From an uncultured Desulfobacterales bacterium (lineage in GTDB: Bacteria > Desulfobacterota > Dissulfuribacteria > Dissulfuribacterales > S140-46), in NCBI GenBank assembly GCA_964620365.1, contig CAZUIH010000002.1, positions 1,598 through 65,597 on the forward strand: a stretch of DNA of 64,000 bases, written 5' to 3'. Made by a program: the position numbers and the translations under genes. This document shows, piece by piece, positions 37,805-49,008 of the stretch (position 1 is its first letter; every line of letters begins with the position of its first letter). Under the pieces are notes generated by a model. It saw only the letters and a program-made list of their open reading frames with translations, was not told where the DNA came from and searched no databases.

Positions 37805-39472
37805 ATGCGCAGCGACCAGATGAAAAAAGGTTTAGAAAGGGCTCCCCATAGGTCTCTCTTCAAGGCCATGGGGTATAGCGATGAGGAAATAAAGAGACCG
37901 CTTATAGGTATCGCCAATTCGTTTAACGAGATAATACCTGGACATATCCATTTAAGACAGATAGTAGATGCCGTGAAAGCGGGAATACGCATGGCAGGCG
38001 GTACGCCGGTAGAGTTCGGAGGGATTGGCGTTTGTGACGGAATCGCCATGAACCATCTCGGCATGCGCTACTCGCTTGCCAGCCGTGAACTTATTGCCGA
38101 CTCAGTTGAACTTATGGCGCAGGCACATCCCTTTGATGGTCTTGTCTTGGTACCGAGCTGCGACAAAATAACCCCAGGCATGCTCATGGCCATGCTGAGA
38201 TTGAACATACCCGCTATTGCCATTAGTGGGGGTCCCATGCTGACAGGAAACTGGCATGGCAAAAAAGTGAATCTCATCAGTGTATTTGAAGGAATCGGAC
38301 AGGTAAAGGCAGGCTCTATGAGCGAAGCTGACCTGGGGAGCCTGGAGGATGAAGCCTGTCCCACCTGCGGCTCTTGCGCCGGGATGTTCACGGCCAACTC
38401 CATGAACTGCCTGACAGAGGCCCTTGGATTGGCACTTCCTGGAAACGGGACCATACCGGCTGTCACCGCAGCAAGGATTAGGCTGGCGAAACAAACTGGC
38501 ATGCAGATAATGCAGCTTGTCAACTCAGGAATCAGGCCAAGAGACATAGCCACACCCCAGGCCTTCCGCAACGCCCTTGCCGTGGATATGGCCCTTGGCT
38601 GTTCTACCAACACAGTACTCCACGTACCTGCCATTGCACATGAAGCCCAGGTAGAACTTCCTCTGGACATCTTTAACGAAGTAAGCGTCAAGACTCCTCA
38701 TCTGTGCAATCTCATACCAGCTGGGCCACACAGCCTTGAAGACCTCCACCTGGCCGGAGGAATCCAAGCCATCCTTAAAGAACTTACCAGCCTTGGGGTG
38801 ATAGACACATCATGTATCACCGTTACAAGTGAAAGTGTCGACGCAAACATAAAAGATGCCGGCATCAAAAACCATGATGTCATCCGGCCCGTATCAGATC
38901 CCTATCATAAAGAAGGGGGAATAGCTATTCTCTATGGCAACCTCGCCCCAGAAGGCGCCGTTGTCAAACAGTCTGCCGTGGCTCAAGAAATGCTGATCCA
39001 TAGAGGACCAGCCAGGGTCTTCGAATCGGAGGATGAGGCATATAATGCTATTCTCGACGGAAAGATAAAGCCTAAGGATGTCGTGGTGATACGCTATGAA
39101 GGACCCAGGGGAGGACCAGGCATGCCGGAGATGCTCTCTCCTACTGCCGCAATAGTAGGCATGGGGCTTGGCAAGGAAGTCGCGCTTATAACTGATGGCC
39201 GCTTCAGTGGTGGTACCCAAGGTGCTGCCATTGGACACGTTTCTCCCGAAGCGGCAGACGGAGGGCCAATAGGCCTGGTGGAAGAAGGAGACATGATTGA
39301 AATAGACATCCCTTCTCGCAAACTGAATATCCTTGTTGATGATGAAACTCTGAAACAACGAAAAAGAAACTGGACGCCCAAAGAGCCTAAAATTACCTCT
39401 GGATATCTAGGCAGGTATGCTACCATGGTAAGTAGCGGGGCTACAGGAGCCATTTTGAAGAAAAAATTGTAA
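37805..39472 (+). CDS. ilvD: dihydroxy-acid dehydratase
   Basis: [11 protein letters not shown] and [15 protein letters not shown] motifs; 555 aa. Confidence 0.9.
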   Translation: MRSDQMKKGLERAPHRSLFKAMGYSDEEIKRPLIGIANSFNEIIPGHIHLRQIVDAVKAGIRMAGGTPVEFGGIGVCDGIAMNHLGMRYSLASRELIADSVELMAQAHPFDGLVLVPSCDKITPGMLMAMLRLNIPAIAISGGPMLTGNWHGKKVNLISVFEGIGQVKAGSMSEADLGSLEDEACPTCGSCAGMFTANSMNCLTEALGLALPGNGTIPAVTAARIRLAKQTGMQIMQLVNSGIRPRDIATPQAFRNALAVDMALGCSTNTVLHVPAIAHEAQVELPLDIFNEVSVKTPHLCNLIPAGPHSLEDLHLAGGIQAILKELTSLGVIDTSCITVTSESVDANIKDAGIKNHDVIRPVSDPYHKEGGIAILYGNLAPEGAVVKQSAVAQEMLIHRGPARVFESEDEAYNAILDGKIKPKDVVVIRYEGPRGGPGMPEMLSPTAAIVGMGLGKEVALITDGRFSGGTQGAAIGHVSPEAADGGPIGLVEEGDMIEIDIPSRKLNILVDDETLKQRKRNWTPKEPKITSGYLGRYATMVSSGATGAILKKKL

Positions 39473-39511
39473 TCCTAAAGATTGTAACCTTATCGACAAG
39501 GAGGTTTTCCA

Positions 39512-39862
39512 ATGGGCAATACCTGTAAACTTTTAATTCACGTTGCACAAAAGGAACGCTGGGGCGTGGCCATCACCAACGCCATCAATTTTCTCAAGAC
39601 CGCCAAGGAAGGCGAAGACCTTAAGGTCAGAATCGTGGCAAATGCTGATTCAGTGACCATTATTCAAGAATGCAATAGAGAGCTCTTCGATCGTATGAAA
39701 CAGCTTGCTATTGACGGCAATGACATCTTTTTCTGTGAGAATTCCCTTAACGCCTTTGAGATAGAGCGTAACCGGCTGCCAGATTTTTTAAAAACCGTTC
39801 CGGCCGCGATAAGGGCGCTTGCAGACCTCCAGGCGGATGGATGGATATACGTTCGGCCGTAG
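39512..39862 (+). CDS. DsrE/DsrF-like (COG1416-type) small protein
   Basis: 116 aa with the alternating beta-alpha pattern KLLIHV...VRIVANADSV...IFFCENSL. Family assignment is from memory. Confidence 0.5.
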   Translation: MGNTCKLLIHVAQKERWGVAITNAINFLKTAKEGEDLKVRIVANADSVTIIQECNRELFDRMKQLAIDGNDIFFCENSLNAFEIERNRLPDFLKTVPAAIRALADLQADGWIYVRP

Positions 39863-39866
39863 CTGA

Positions 39867-40211
39867 TTAGCAAGTGTTGCCTGGGCCCTGTCTACAGTCT
39901 TTATATGAGCATCCGGTAGGAAACCATGTCAGATGCCAAAACTTGTAACACTCGGAGGCACTGATATTTTCCGGAGGGATACCCATTTTTTCACAGAAAC
40001 GTTCAAGATTCTCTCTTCGGCCCGATATTACGTGATAGGACTGTTTCCTCCTGGAGTTGTAGTTTTCGTGGATGGCAATATTTCCTCGCTCGGCCCAGGC
40101 CACTGCCTGTGGTATTTCCCGTAGCGGGAAAAAACGTACCTGGAAATGTTCCTCCAAGGGTCCAATCAAATGGCTGATGTCAGGCAATGTTTTCTTTTTG
40201 CGAGGTGACAC
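39867..40211 (-). CDS. hypothetical protein (114 aa)
   Basis: Open frame convergent with the DsrE-like gene. I recognise no family. Confidence 0.4.
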   Translation of the reverse strand: MSPRKKKTLPDISHLIGPLEEHFQVRFFPLREIPQAVAWAERGNIAIHENYNSRRKQSYHVISGRRENLERFCEKMGIPPENISASECYKFWHLTWFPTGCSYKDCRQGPGNTC

Positions 40212-40315
40212 GGTCTTTACGAGCCTCTTACAACGTAGTATTTAGGTTCCTAGTCTCTGATCGGACACAAGGAAAATTGTCTTAAAACATTCTCAAAACA
40301 AAAGAAAGGGTCAAG

Positions 40316-40903
40316 ATGACAAGAAGTGCCATCATAAAAAGGGCTACCAAGGAGACCAACATAGAGCTTAGACTGGTTTTGGACGGTTCCGGCAATTCAG
40401 ACATCAATACGGGTATTCCTTTTTTCGACCATATGCTGACGCTGTGGAGCGTGCACGGATTTTTCGATCTTTGTATCAAGGCCACGGGAGACCTGGAGGT
40501 GGATGGGCATCACACAGTAGAAGATGTGGGAATATGTTTAGGACTGGCACTCAAGGAGGCCTTGGAAGATTTTTCAGGCATCAGACGTTATGGCAGCGCC
40601 TCTGTCCCCATGGAAGAAACCCTCGCAAGGGTGGACCTGGACCTTTGCAAAAGACCCTACTTGGTATTCAATGCCCTTTTTCCCTCTTCTAAAGTAGGAA
40701 ACTTTGATACAGAACTTGTAGAAGAATTCCTGAGGGCGGTAGTAATCAATTGTGGAATGACTCTCCATGTCAACGTACCCTATGGCAAAAACTGTCATCA
40801 CATTTCAGAGGCAATCTTCAAGGCCTTTGGGAAGGCGACAGACAGGGCGACACAACATGATCCCAGAATTCATGGCCCCCTGTCAAGCAAAGGGACATTA
40901 TAA
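40316..40903 (+). CDS. hisB: imidazoleglycerol-phosphate dehydratase
   Basis: [11 protein letters not shown] and [12 protein letters not shown] motifs; 195 aa. Confidence 0.9.
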   Translation: MTRSAIIKRATKETNIELRLVLDGSGNSDINTGIPFFDHMLTLWSVHGFFDLCIKATGDLEVDGHHTVEDVGICLGLALKEALEDFSGIRRYGSASVPMEETLARVDLDLCKRPYLVFNALFPSSKVGNFDTELVEEFLRAVVINCGMTLHVNVPYGKNCHHISEAIFKAFGKATDRATQHDPRIHGPLSSKGTL

Positions 40904-40925
40904 ATAATAAAGAAAGTTCAAAATC

Positions 40926-41612
40926 ATGAAAACAACTCGATTCGCCACGATTTTAACCGTTTTGTTTATCTGTGTTTCGATTGCCGGCTGTCTGCCATTT
41001 CATCGAAATAGAGATAAAAAGGTTACCCCTCTTCCACACCTTGCCAACATAGCGGTTCTTCCAATGGACAGGGCCTCCATCCGGCCTGGACAGGAAAGAG
41101 CCACTTGTGCCCTGAGCGACAAGGTTTTCGATGCCCAGGAGATTTCTCCTGACACGGCGGATGCGGTCACCAGGATATTATTCAAAAGCGTGGAAGGAGA
41201 CAGCCGCTTTACTCCTATCCCAGAGGGGAAATGCATGGGGTTTTTGAACTCCCTGCTGGAAACGGATGTCAAGACTTCCCAAATAAGATTGATCCAGGCC
41301 TTTGGCCAGGAACTCCATGCCGACGCGGTATTATACGGCAAACTTTTCAGGTATGAGGATCGCGTAGGCAGTAAATACGCCATTAAAAAACCGGCTTCTG
41401 TTGCCTTTACGCTGCATCTTATCAGGGTCAAGGACGGAGCGGTCCTTTGGCGGTACACGTTCGATGAAACCCAGCAGCCTTTGTCTGAGAATCTTTTCAA
41501 GGCAAAATTATATAAGGACTCAGGTATGCGCTGGCTCACAGCACAGGAACTCGCCGCTTACGGCCTTGAAAACGCGATCAGCGACCTGAAAAAAAGATTG
41601 CCAAAGGACTGA
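40926..41612 (+). CDS. lipoprotein of unknown function
   Basis: Lipobox LFICVSIAGC. The fold family (LpoB/DUF799-like) is only a guess. Confidence 0.55.
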   Translation: MKTTRFATILTVLFICVSIAGCLPFHRNRDKKVTPLPHLANIAVLPMDRASIRPGQERATCALSDKVFDAQEISPDTADAVTRILFKSVEGDSRFTPIPEGKCMGFLNSLLETDVKTSQIRLIQAFGQELHADAVLYGKLFRYEDRVGSKYAIKKPASVAFTLHLIRVKDGAVLWRYTFDETQQPLSENLFKAKLYKDSGMRWLTAQELAAYGLENAISDLKKRLPKD

Positions 41613-41620
41613 TTGTCCCA

Positions 41621-43636
41621 ATGGAAGTAGCGACAGGCCAAGTTGTTGAGTTTATAGAGGGTCAACGCTTTATCTGTGCATTGTGCCTTGGAAGAAAAGG
41701 CAGCCGGTATCATGTGCTGACCCACCTAGGCAGAGAGGCCAACCTCGCCAAAGGACGTTTTTTGCACATATCTCCCCAAAGAGTCAAGTCATCCACCAGG
41801 AGTGATCATCTGTATGAACTTCAGGCAATAAATGCCAGAAGAGATCAACTGAAAAACGAGGTAGACGTAAAGGATCTATGGGAACTATTGAAGGACGAGT
41901 CCGGGAAGTGGCCCATCAGGGAGCTTACAGACCTGGCTTTCGGCAAGGAAGCAGGACCGGATCATGAAGCCGGATTAATCAGGGCGGTCATAGAAGATCA
42001 TACATATTTCAAATTCAGAGACAACATGATAGTTGTACAGGCCCCTGCCGCTGTTGAACAGCTCTTGAACAAAAGGGCGCAGGAAGAAGAAAAGCTGAGG
42101 CGTCTTGCCAAGGGGAGCTCCTGGCTAGAAAGGCTTTGGAGCAGTGATGCAAGATCGTGCGACCAGGAAAGGGATTACACCAGTGATCCAGATATCAAAT
42201 TCTGGATAAACGCGATCAAGGAATATTGCGTCAAATCAGATGACGCTCAATATGGCACCGAGGTAAAAAACCTATTTCGAAATGCTGGTCTAAACAATCC
42301 GTCAGCACCTTTCGAGACCCTCGTAAAGGCTGGCATATGGGATGAAGACGAAAACCTTGAAATTCTAAAATTTGAAATCAGCCCGGAATTTCCCATAGAG
42401 GTTGAAGAGGAAGCCAAGAAACTGTGCTCCTTACCAGTTGAGAGAGAACACAGGGAAGACCTCACGAATCTACCTACCTTTACCATAGACGCCGCGGAAA
42501 GCCTTGACCTGGACGATGCCTTGAGTTTTCGTGAAATCAATTCTGTTTTGGAAGTCGGCATTCACATTACAGACATAGGACTACAGGTAGCGCCATCCAC
42601 GCTCCTTTTTGAAGAGGCCATAAAGAGGGCTACCACTATCTACATGCCTGATCAGAAGATTCCCATGCTGCCAGAAATTCTATCCCAGGGGGCATGGAGT
42701 CTAAAAGCCGGATCTGTTAGAAGGGCTTTATCCTTCTTCGCAAAATTCTCCCCTGATGGTGAACTTCTCGAGACACAGATCAAGAGGACCCTGATAAAAG
42801 TCCATGACAGACTGACCTATGATGAGGTAGACTCAAAGATAAAAGAGGAGGGGAAATTTTCTCGATTTTACCAATTATGCCAGCAACTCGAAAAGAAGAG
42901 AATAAAAAGTGGCGCCCTCCCATTACCCATACCAGAACTCATTATTGAAATCACGCCTGAAAAACGTGTGCGCGTCTATTTGAACCAACCAGGTCCTGCC
43001 CGTTTTCTGGTGGCAGAGTCTATGATACTCGCAAACTTCATAGCTGCCTCTTTTTTAAGGGACCATAACCTTCCAGCCCTGTACAGAAGCCAGCCGGAAC
43101 CGCGAGAACGTATAATTACCGGTGAAGAAAAGGATATACTGGCCAATATCAGGCAAAGACGTCGTATAAGCAGGGGGACTCTCGATTCGGAACCAGGCTT
43201 TCATCACGGTCTTGGACTCGATGCGTACACCACGGTGACCTCTCCCTTGAGAAGGGGACTCGATCTCCTGATGCAGCAGCAACTCACCTCTTTTCTTTTA
43301 AAAGGTGAACCTCTTCATTCAAAGGAAGCGCTAAGCCATTTGGCCATTCATTTGAAAGAAGGGCTTTCTGCTGCCGCTGCAGTGAGACAGGCACGGACCA
43401 GGTACTGGCTGCTAAAGCATTTTGAGCAGAACAAAGGTAGTGAGCTGGAGGGATGGATACTTGAGATAGGTCCGTTCAAGGTGCTTGTCATATTAAAGGA
43501 TTACCTGATCCCAGTTGAACTGCCTAGGGAAAGGGGAGTTGATTACATGCCTGACCAAATAGTAAAGGTTAAAATAAAAAAGGTAAATGCACGGGAAAAC
43601 ATCCTTAAATTCGATTGGGCATCCGTGCAACCTTGA
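41621..43636 (+). CDS. RNase II/RNase R-family exoribonuclease (RNB domain)
   Basis: RNB motifs IDAAESLDLDDALS and TSPLRRGLDLLMQQQL, with a C-terminal S1-like segment. Confidence 0.85.
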   Translation: MEVATGQVVEFIEGQRFICALCLGRKGSRYHVLTHLGREANLAKGRFLHISPQRVKSSTRSDHLYELQAINARRDQLKNEVDVKDLWELLKDESGKWPIRELTDLAFGKEAGPDHEAGLIRAVIEDHTYFKFRDNMIVVQAPAAVEQLLNKRAQEEEKLRRLAKGSSWLERLWSSDARSCDQERDYTSDPDIKFWINAIKEYCVKSDDAQYGTEVKNLFRNAGLNNPSAPFETLVKAGIWDEDENLEILKFEISPEFPIEVEEEAKKLCSLPVEREHREDLTNLPTFTIDAAESLDLDDALSFREINSVLEVGIHITDIGLQVAPSTLLFEEAIKRATTIYMPDQKIPMLPEILSQGAWSLKAGSVRRALSFFAKFSPDGELLETQIKRTLIKVHDRLTYDEVDSKIKEEGKFSRFYQLCQQLEKKRIKSGALPLPIPELIIEITPEKRVRVYLNQPGPARFLVAESMILANFIAASFLRDHNLPALYRSQPEPRERIITGEEKDILANIRQRRRISRGTLDSEPGFHHGLGLDAYTTVTSPLRRGLDLLMQQQLTSFLLKGEPLHSKEALSHLAIHLKEGLSAAAAVRQARTRYWLLKHFEQNKGSELEGWILEIGPFKVLVILKDYLIPVELPRERGVDYMPDQIVKVKIKKVNARENILKFDWASVQP

Positions 43637-43697
43637 CTTCCTAATCCTTTCATTTACCTTATCTGCGAGTCAAAAAATCCTGGGGTGATTAACGGCC

Positions 43698-44438
43698 ATG
43701 AAAAAAAATGAATTCTTAACAAAGCTGACTGTCTCTACATTGCTAGGCTTCGGAACAGTGACGTCTTTATCAGCCCTGGTGATCAGCCAACACCCTGCCC
43801 TTCTAGATGAATGGACAGGACCGGCATTACTGGGGGCACCACCTGTTTTAGGCCTATTGTTCTTCTTTTACCTGAAATCAGTCCTTGGCAAGAGCTGGCC
43901 AGAGTTCCAGCCCTCTAAGGAAGAAATCAGAGAGGAAAAAAGGACCGAAGCACAAGGCGCTTCTCTGGAACCCAGTGAGGCTTTCGAGGCAAAAACGGAT
44001 TTTGATACATCGCCACAACCTGTAGACGCAGAATCCCAGAAAGAGGTTACTGGGACAAACGGTGATGTGGGGGCGATAAAACTATTGAGCATATTACAAC
44101 AGGAAGGGCGTCTAATAGATTTTCTGCAGGAAGAAATAGACAAATATGATGACGCACAAATCGGAGCCGCTGTGAGAGAAGTGCATAAGGGATGCAGGGC
44201 GGCCCTAACGGAAGTATTGGGATTATCCCCTGTCCTTTCGGCCGAGGAAGGTACCCCTATTGAAATCGAGGAAGATTTCGATGCCGAACGGATCAAACTG
44301 ATTGGAAACGTGCAAGGCAAACCTCCGTTCAGAGGCATTCTTAGACATGGCGGATGGCGGTACACGAAGATTAACTTGCCTGAGGCTCCAACGAAAAAAT
44401 CTGATGTGCTTGCTCCTGCTGAGGTAGAAATAACATAA
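43698..44438 (+). CDS. DUF2760-domain membrane protein
   Basis: Two N-terminal TM segments. The C-terminal LLSILQQEGRLIDFLQEEI...AQIGAAVREVHKGCR...GILRHGGWRY matches DUF2760 as recalled. Confidence 0.6.
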   Translation: MKKNEFLTKLTVSTLLGFGTVTSLSALVISQHPALLDEWTGPALLGAPPVLGLLFFFYLKSVLGKSWPEFQPSKEEIREEKRTEAQGASLEPSEAFEAKTDFDTSPQPVDAESQKEVTGTNGDVGAIKLLSILQQEGRLIDFLQEEIDKYDDAQIGAAVREVHKGCRAALTEVLGLSPVLSAEEGTPIEIEEDFDAERIKLIGNVQGKPPFRGILRHGGWRYTKINLPEAPTKKSDVLAPAEVEIT

Positions 44439-44476
44439 CATCTTACCCGGGTATTACGACCTAATGTGTATAAGGC

Positions 44477-45340
44477 ATGAACATTGTTCCCTTTGATCCA
44501 TGTGAGCGAATTCTAAATCAGGCCAAGAAATATATCGCTGATCCAAGAAGCTTCATCACCCAGAAAGAGCATGCCATCCCAATTTTGATAAAGGCACTAA
44601 AATACGGAGATGGATCGCTTAGAAGGGAAATACTGCTTCTGCTCGGCACCTTTGCGAAAGAGGAAGTTTGCACTCCCCTGTATGAAATAATGACTGATCC
44701 AGAAGAGCCTGACGACCTAAAAGATCAGGCAGCAGTTCAGATAAGCGTGCTAGGTCCTTTCCTAGACGATCCCTTGCCGCTAGTAAGGAAACTTGTTTCA
44801 AACCTACAATCAGACGATGAAAACCTGAGAGTCAGGTCAATTATCGCCCTGGGATGGGAAGGTAATACAGGGGCTGCTCTTCCGCTTATTGAGTGTCTCT
44901 ATGACGCTGACGAAGAAATTCAGGAAGTAGCTGTAAGCGCCCTCTGCAATCTCAATGACAGTCGAGTCATTCGTCTTCTGGCAGACCGCCTAAGGATCTG
45001 CTCCTTGGATCAAAAAAGGGCTATCTTGTTTAATCTGTGGCGCTTCAACGATCGCCAGGAAGAAGTGGCTGCCATATACCACAGAGAGCTCCAGTGTGAT
45101 GACTCCTTGTTGAGACAGGACATAGTTACCCTTTTAGGAAATCTGACCTATCACCCTCATCATGAAACCATCTATCGTTCTCTCATGCAAGATCCCGATC
45201 CCAAGATAAGGGCGCTTGTGCTTGAACGACTCGGCAAGGTACGGGCGATAACAATAGAGGATGCTCTCCACTTCCTGGATGACCCTGACATGGAGGTAAA
45301 GCGAGCAGCCATGAAGATACTTCATACGCTAAAAGCATGA
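44477..45340 (+). CDS. HEAT-repeat protein
   Basis: Repeated approximately 30-aa D/E-x-x-VR-x-x-A-x-x-AL-G units (ENLRVRSIIALG, EIQEVAVSALC, PKIRALVLERLG, MEVKRAAMKIL). Confidence 0.7.
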   Translation: MNIVPFDPCERILNQAKKYIADPRSFITQKEHAIPILIKALKYGDGSLRREILLLLGTFAKEEVCTPLYEIMTDPEEPDDLKDQAAVQISVLGPFLDDPLPLVRKLVSNLQSDDENLRVRSIIALGWEGNTGAALPLIECLYDADEEIQEVAVSALCNLNDSRVIRLLADRLRICSLDQKRAILFNLWRFNDRQEEVAAIYHRELQCDDSLLRQDIVTLLGNLTYHPHHETIYRSLMQDPDPKIRALVLERLGKVRAITIEDALHFLDDPDMEVKRAAMKILHTLKA

Positions 45341-45465
45341 CATACTTTCCTTGCTCGTTGGCCGATCAGACGGGACACCAATAAATAGGTACCTGGATGA
45401 AGGGAACCACAGGGGCCAAAAATAACGTGAAAATCTCCAATTTTTTGAAAAAATAGACTGGGAAG

Positions 45466-46950
45466 TTATTTAGCTGTTTCCAGAGGGATGTCAGGCATGT
45501 ATTCTTCGGTTACGGGGAAAAACTTTAGATCCTTTGAAAGCGCGGCATTCAGAAAGGTATTCACCCACCAGAAGATATCCCTTTTTCTTACCACGTCCCT
45601 TAATCGTCTCATACGGGCCCGCCTTTCATCTTTTCCCATGTGAAAGGCCTTGTGTATCGCGTCTGAAACCCCTTCAACGTCATAAGGATTCACCAGTAAA
45701 GCGCCTCTCTGTAACTGGGCTGCCGCGCCAGCAAACTCGCTCAAGATCAGGACCCCGTTTTCTTCGATATTACAGGCACAATATTCCTTGGCGACCAGAT
45801 TCATACCATCCTTCAATGGGGTCACAAGGGCAATTTCCGCCAGTCGATAATAGGCCAACAGCTCCATTCTATTAAGACTCTTGTACAAATAGTGTATGGG
45901 AATCCATCCTGACATAGTAAATTCACCATTTATTTCCCCCACCAACCGTTCTATTTCTGCTTTAAGGGACTTATACTCGTCAACCTCCTCACGGCTTGGT
46001 ACAACCACCTGTACGAGAGAAATCTTTTCGCGAAGTTCAGGAAAACGACTCAAGGCAGCCCTGAAGGCCTCGAGACGCTCCGGGATTCCCTTGGTATAAT
46101 CAAGCCGGTCCACACCAATAATTATCTGACGCTCAGGGAATTTCTCATGCAGGAACCAGGCACAATCAGCCACCTCTCTCGATTCAGTGTCTCTCACAAA
46201 GGCATTATAATCTATGCTGATTGGGAACGTACCTACCCTGACCTTTTTGTCACCTACCTGCACTGTTACCACTGCCCCCCTTCCCGAGATACGAATTTTT
46301 GGCCAAAGTCGCTGAATACACATCAAAAAATGTCTTCTATCCCTAAGTGTCTGAAACCCAATCAATTCGTACTCCAACAAGGCCCTGATAATTTGCGCTC
46401 GCCATGGAAGTTTCATAAAAATATCCATTGGCGGAAAGGGGATATGGAGAAAAAAACCTGTTTTCCTTGCATATCCCATCTCTTTGAGGAAATAGGCTAC
46501 ATGCATCAAGTGATAGTCATGGACCCAAATATAGTCCGATTCCAGGGTATTTTTCCCTATAACCTCGACGAATTTTCTGTTTACATTTAGATATTGGTAC
46601 CAATACTGCGGCCGAAAATTACATCTGGTCTGAAGGTCATGAAAAAGGGGCCATATTATCTCATTGGAAAAACCCTGATAATAATCTTTTATCTCTTCTG
46701 GAGTCAGAACAACTGGAAAAAGATGGTATCCTATCTCGCGCGAGGCATATTCCATCAGGCCGGAAAGGTCAGCATCGGCAGGACAACCCGACCAGCCAAT
46801 CCACACCCCTCCCCTATTTCTCAAGACAGGAGCCAGGGCAGTGACCAGCCCACCGGCTCCTGGTTTTATCTTCCATCCATCACTTGTTTCTACCAATGTA
46901 ACCGGAAGCCTGTTTGATACGGCAACGAGCCTGGAGCCTTCTCTTTTCAT
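45466..46950 (-). CDS. otsA: alpha,alpha-trehalose-phosphate synthase (GT20)
   Basis: [11 protein letters not shown]-terminus and WVHDYHLM motif; 494 aa. Confidence 0.85.
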   Translation of the reverse strand: MKREGSRLVAVSNRLPVTLVETSDGWKIKPGAGGLVTALAPVLRNRGGVWIGWSGCPADADLSGLMEYASREIGYHLFPVVLTPEEIKDYYQGFSNEIIWPLFHDLQTRCNFRPQYWYQYLNVNRKFVEVIGKNTLESDYIWVHDYHLMHVAYFLKEMGYARKTGFFLHIPFPPMDIFMKLPWRAQIIRALLEYELIGFQTLRDRRHFLMCIQRLWPKIRISGRGAVVTVQVGDKKVRVGTFPISIDYNAFVRDTESREVADCAWFLHEKFPERQIIIGVDRLDYTKGIPERLEAFRAALSRFPELREKISLVQVVVPSREEVDEYKSLKAEIERLVGEINGEFTMSGWIPIHYLYKSLNRMELLAYYRLAEIALVTPLKDGMNLVAKEYCACNIEENGVLILSEFAGAAAQLQRGALLVNPYDVEGVSDAIHKAFHMGKDERRARMRRLRDVVRKRDIFWWVNTFLNAALSKDLKFFPVTEEYMPDIPLETAK

Positions 46951-46978
46951 ACCTTACCTCCATCCCTATCGGACCCAA

Positions 46979-47770
46979 TCATGTTCTGGTCATTGTGATC
47001 CATTTTTGTAAAAATTCGAAAAGCTCCTGGGGAGGTCTCAGCCAAATGTCTGCTAACGTGTCTCTCAACTGTTCTCTGACAAGACAGCCGATCCCCCTGC
47101 CTTTTATCGCCCGGAATGCATCTTCATCAGTAAGATCATCACCCAGATAGGCTGTAACAGCCCCTTCACCCGCCTCTTTTAAAATTGTATCAACGGCCAA
47201 CCCCTTGTGGCAAGAAGCTTCCCTGAATTCTATACCCCCGTCAAAGGCGTGAATATCCAATTCACTTGGAGCCACTCTTTCCCCCCAACTATCATTTATC
47301 TCCCTTTTAATCTTCTCGGCCTCATTTTCTTCCAAGCCCCTAAAATGAACAGCAAGGCAACCAGGTTTGTTCTCCACAAGGTCTGAAAGATGGTGATCAT
47401 TCATCCAACCGCTTATATCCTTCAACAGATCCTCGGCATCCCTGGACACAGGAATCCGTTGAAACCTCCCATCGGAAAGGATCCTTTCTCTTCCATGGGC
47501 TCCCCACATCTCAGGCGTTTTCGTTAAATTAAGCAGGGGCAGCAGGTCGTCTATCTGTCTTCCACTAATGATGACCAGCCTAGATTTTGACGAGGAAATA
47601 ATCTCTTCCAGAAGGTCTTTAACCCCGGGATATGGCACAGCTTCATCCCTTTCCACACGAAAAGGGGCCAACGTCCCGTCATAATCCAAAAGCAGAACAC
47701 GATTTTTACTTTTTTTAAGGTTTTCCCAAAAAAGTGAAACATCAAGGTCGCTGTTTAAAACTTTCATCAA
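46979..47770 (-). CDS. otsB: trehalose-phosphatase (HAD)
   Basis: HAD motif LLLDYDGTL and late GDDLTDEDAF. Confidence 0.85.
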   Translation of the reverse strand: MMKVLNSDLDVSLFWENLKKSKNRVLLLDYDGTLAPFRVERDEAVPYPGVKDLLEEIISSSKSRLVIISGRQIDDLLPLLNLTKTPEMWGAHGRERILSDGRFQRIPVSRDAEDLLKDISGWMNDHHLSDLVENKPGCLAVHFRGLEENEAEKIKREINDSWGERVAPSELDIHAFDGGIEFREASCHKGLAVDTILKEAGEGAVTAYLGDDLTDEDAFRAIKGRGIGCLVREQLRDTLADIWLRPPQELFEFLQKWITMTRT

Positions 47771-49008
47771 AGAGTGACATCTATCCTGTCTTCAAGACCA
47801 TGAAGTAAGCCGATCATAAGGGCAAGGTATTCCCTAAGATGGCGGGTAACTAAAAAATTTTCCCTTACCAGTCTCTTTGCTCTTCTTCCCATCTCTTCCA
47901 ATTTATCCCTGTGATGAAGGAGATATCTTATGCGCAGGGCAGCCCCCTCCGGAGTCCTAACCCTGAATCCGGTATAGTGATCCACCACTTGAAGTTTGAT
48001 TCCCCCGGTATCACCACCAATTACTGGCTTACCCTTCCACATTGCCTCGGAAACCGTAAGGCCAAATCCTTCCCTTATGGATTTCTGTAGCACTATGTCA
48101 GCAGCCCGCTGCAACGCGTTGATTATCCTATGGGCATCAGGAGGCAGGAGAAGAATATGGATATCAGGATCCCCGGACGCCGCCATCTCCACTTCCGCAA
48201 GAACCGCCTCACCCTCGGGATCATCACTAGCCCCTCCCCCGGCCAGCACAAGTTGAAGAGGAATCATCTTTCTGACTTCCCGAAAGGCCTCTATTACTCC
48301 AAGAGGATCCTTGAATCTGTCAAACCTCGAGACCTGAAGAATCATGGGCAGTTCACGGTCCAAACCGAAACGATCAAATACGCTCTCTACCTCATCAAAA
48401 GGTAGTTCCATATTCTTTTCACTAAGTGGATCTATGCTTGGAGCGATGATGTATTGAGGATGGGGAAGGGACTGGGCGAACTCAGCCAAAGAGAAGATAC
48501 TTGCATCATACTCCTTTATCAGCGTGCGAAGATATTTCCACACGGGCCGATAAGGTTTACTACAATCGATATGACACCGCCATATCCACTTTCCCTTTCT
48601 GTTGGGACAAAGGTTCAAAAGAGCAGCAGGCTGAGGATCATGTATGAATACAAAATCTGCCTCCTCAAGCACCGACTTCAGCTCTTCGGCATTTTCCTCA
48701 TTAACTTTCTCATAGGCTGAGATCAGATGAGGACCTATACTGACCTGATGGCCCTGGATAGCGTTGTGAAACCCCTTGGTACACTGGAAAAAATCGGGAT
48801 TACCTCGCATCACCTCCCAACTCACATTAAGCCCTAATGATTCCATGAGAGGCACGAGTTTTCTCAAAATCTCTGCAACGCCCCCTCCTTCCCTGGTGGA
48901 ATTCACATGGACAACACGGGCCCCCTTCAATGATTCTGCGAGCTGTCTCAGGTGGTGAATGACGTCATTTCCTGCAACTGCGGCATAACTTTCCAGAAGG
49001 TCGCTCAT
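47767..49008 (-). CDS. GT4 glycosyltransferase, TreT-like trehalose synthase
   Basis: Long collinear similarity to archaeal TreT as I recall it (HVNSTREGGGVAEIL, HDPQPAAL, WRCHID, PSIDPLSEKN, QVSRFD, SIREGFGLTVSEAMWKGKPVIG). Confidence 0.75.
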   Translation of the reverse strand: MSDLLESYAAVAGNDVIHHLRQLAESLKGARVVHVNSTREGGGVAEILRKLVPLMESLGLNVSWEVMRGNPDFFQCTKGFHNAIQGHQVSIGPHLISAYEKVNEENAEELKSVLEEADFVFIHDPQPAALLNLCPNRKGKWIWRCHIDCSKPYRPVWKYLRTLIKEYDASIFSLAEFAQSLPHPQYIIAPSIDPLSEKNMELPFDEVESVFDRFGLDRELPMILQVSRFDRFKDPLGVIEAFREVRKMIPLQLVLAGGGASDDPEGEAVLAEVEMAASGDPDIHILLLPPDAHRIINALQRAADIVLQKSIREGFGLTVSEAMWKGKPVIGGDTGGIKLQVVDHYTGFRVRTPEGAALRIRYLLHHRDKLEEMGRRAKRLVRENFLVTRHLREYLALMIGLLHGLEDRIDVTL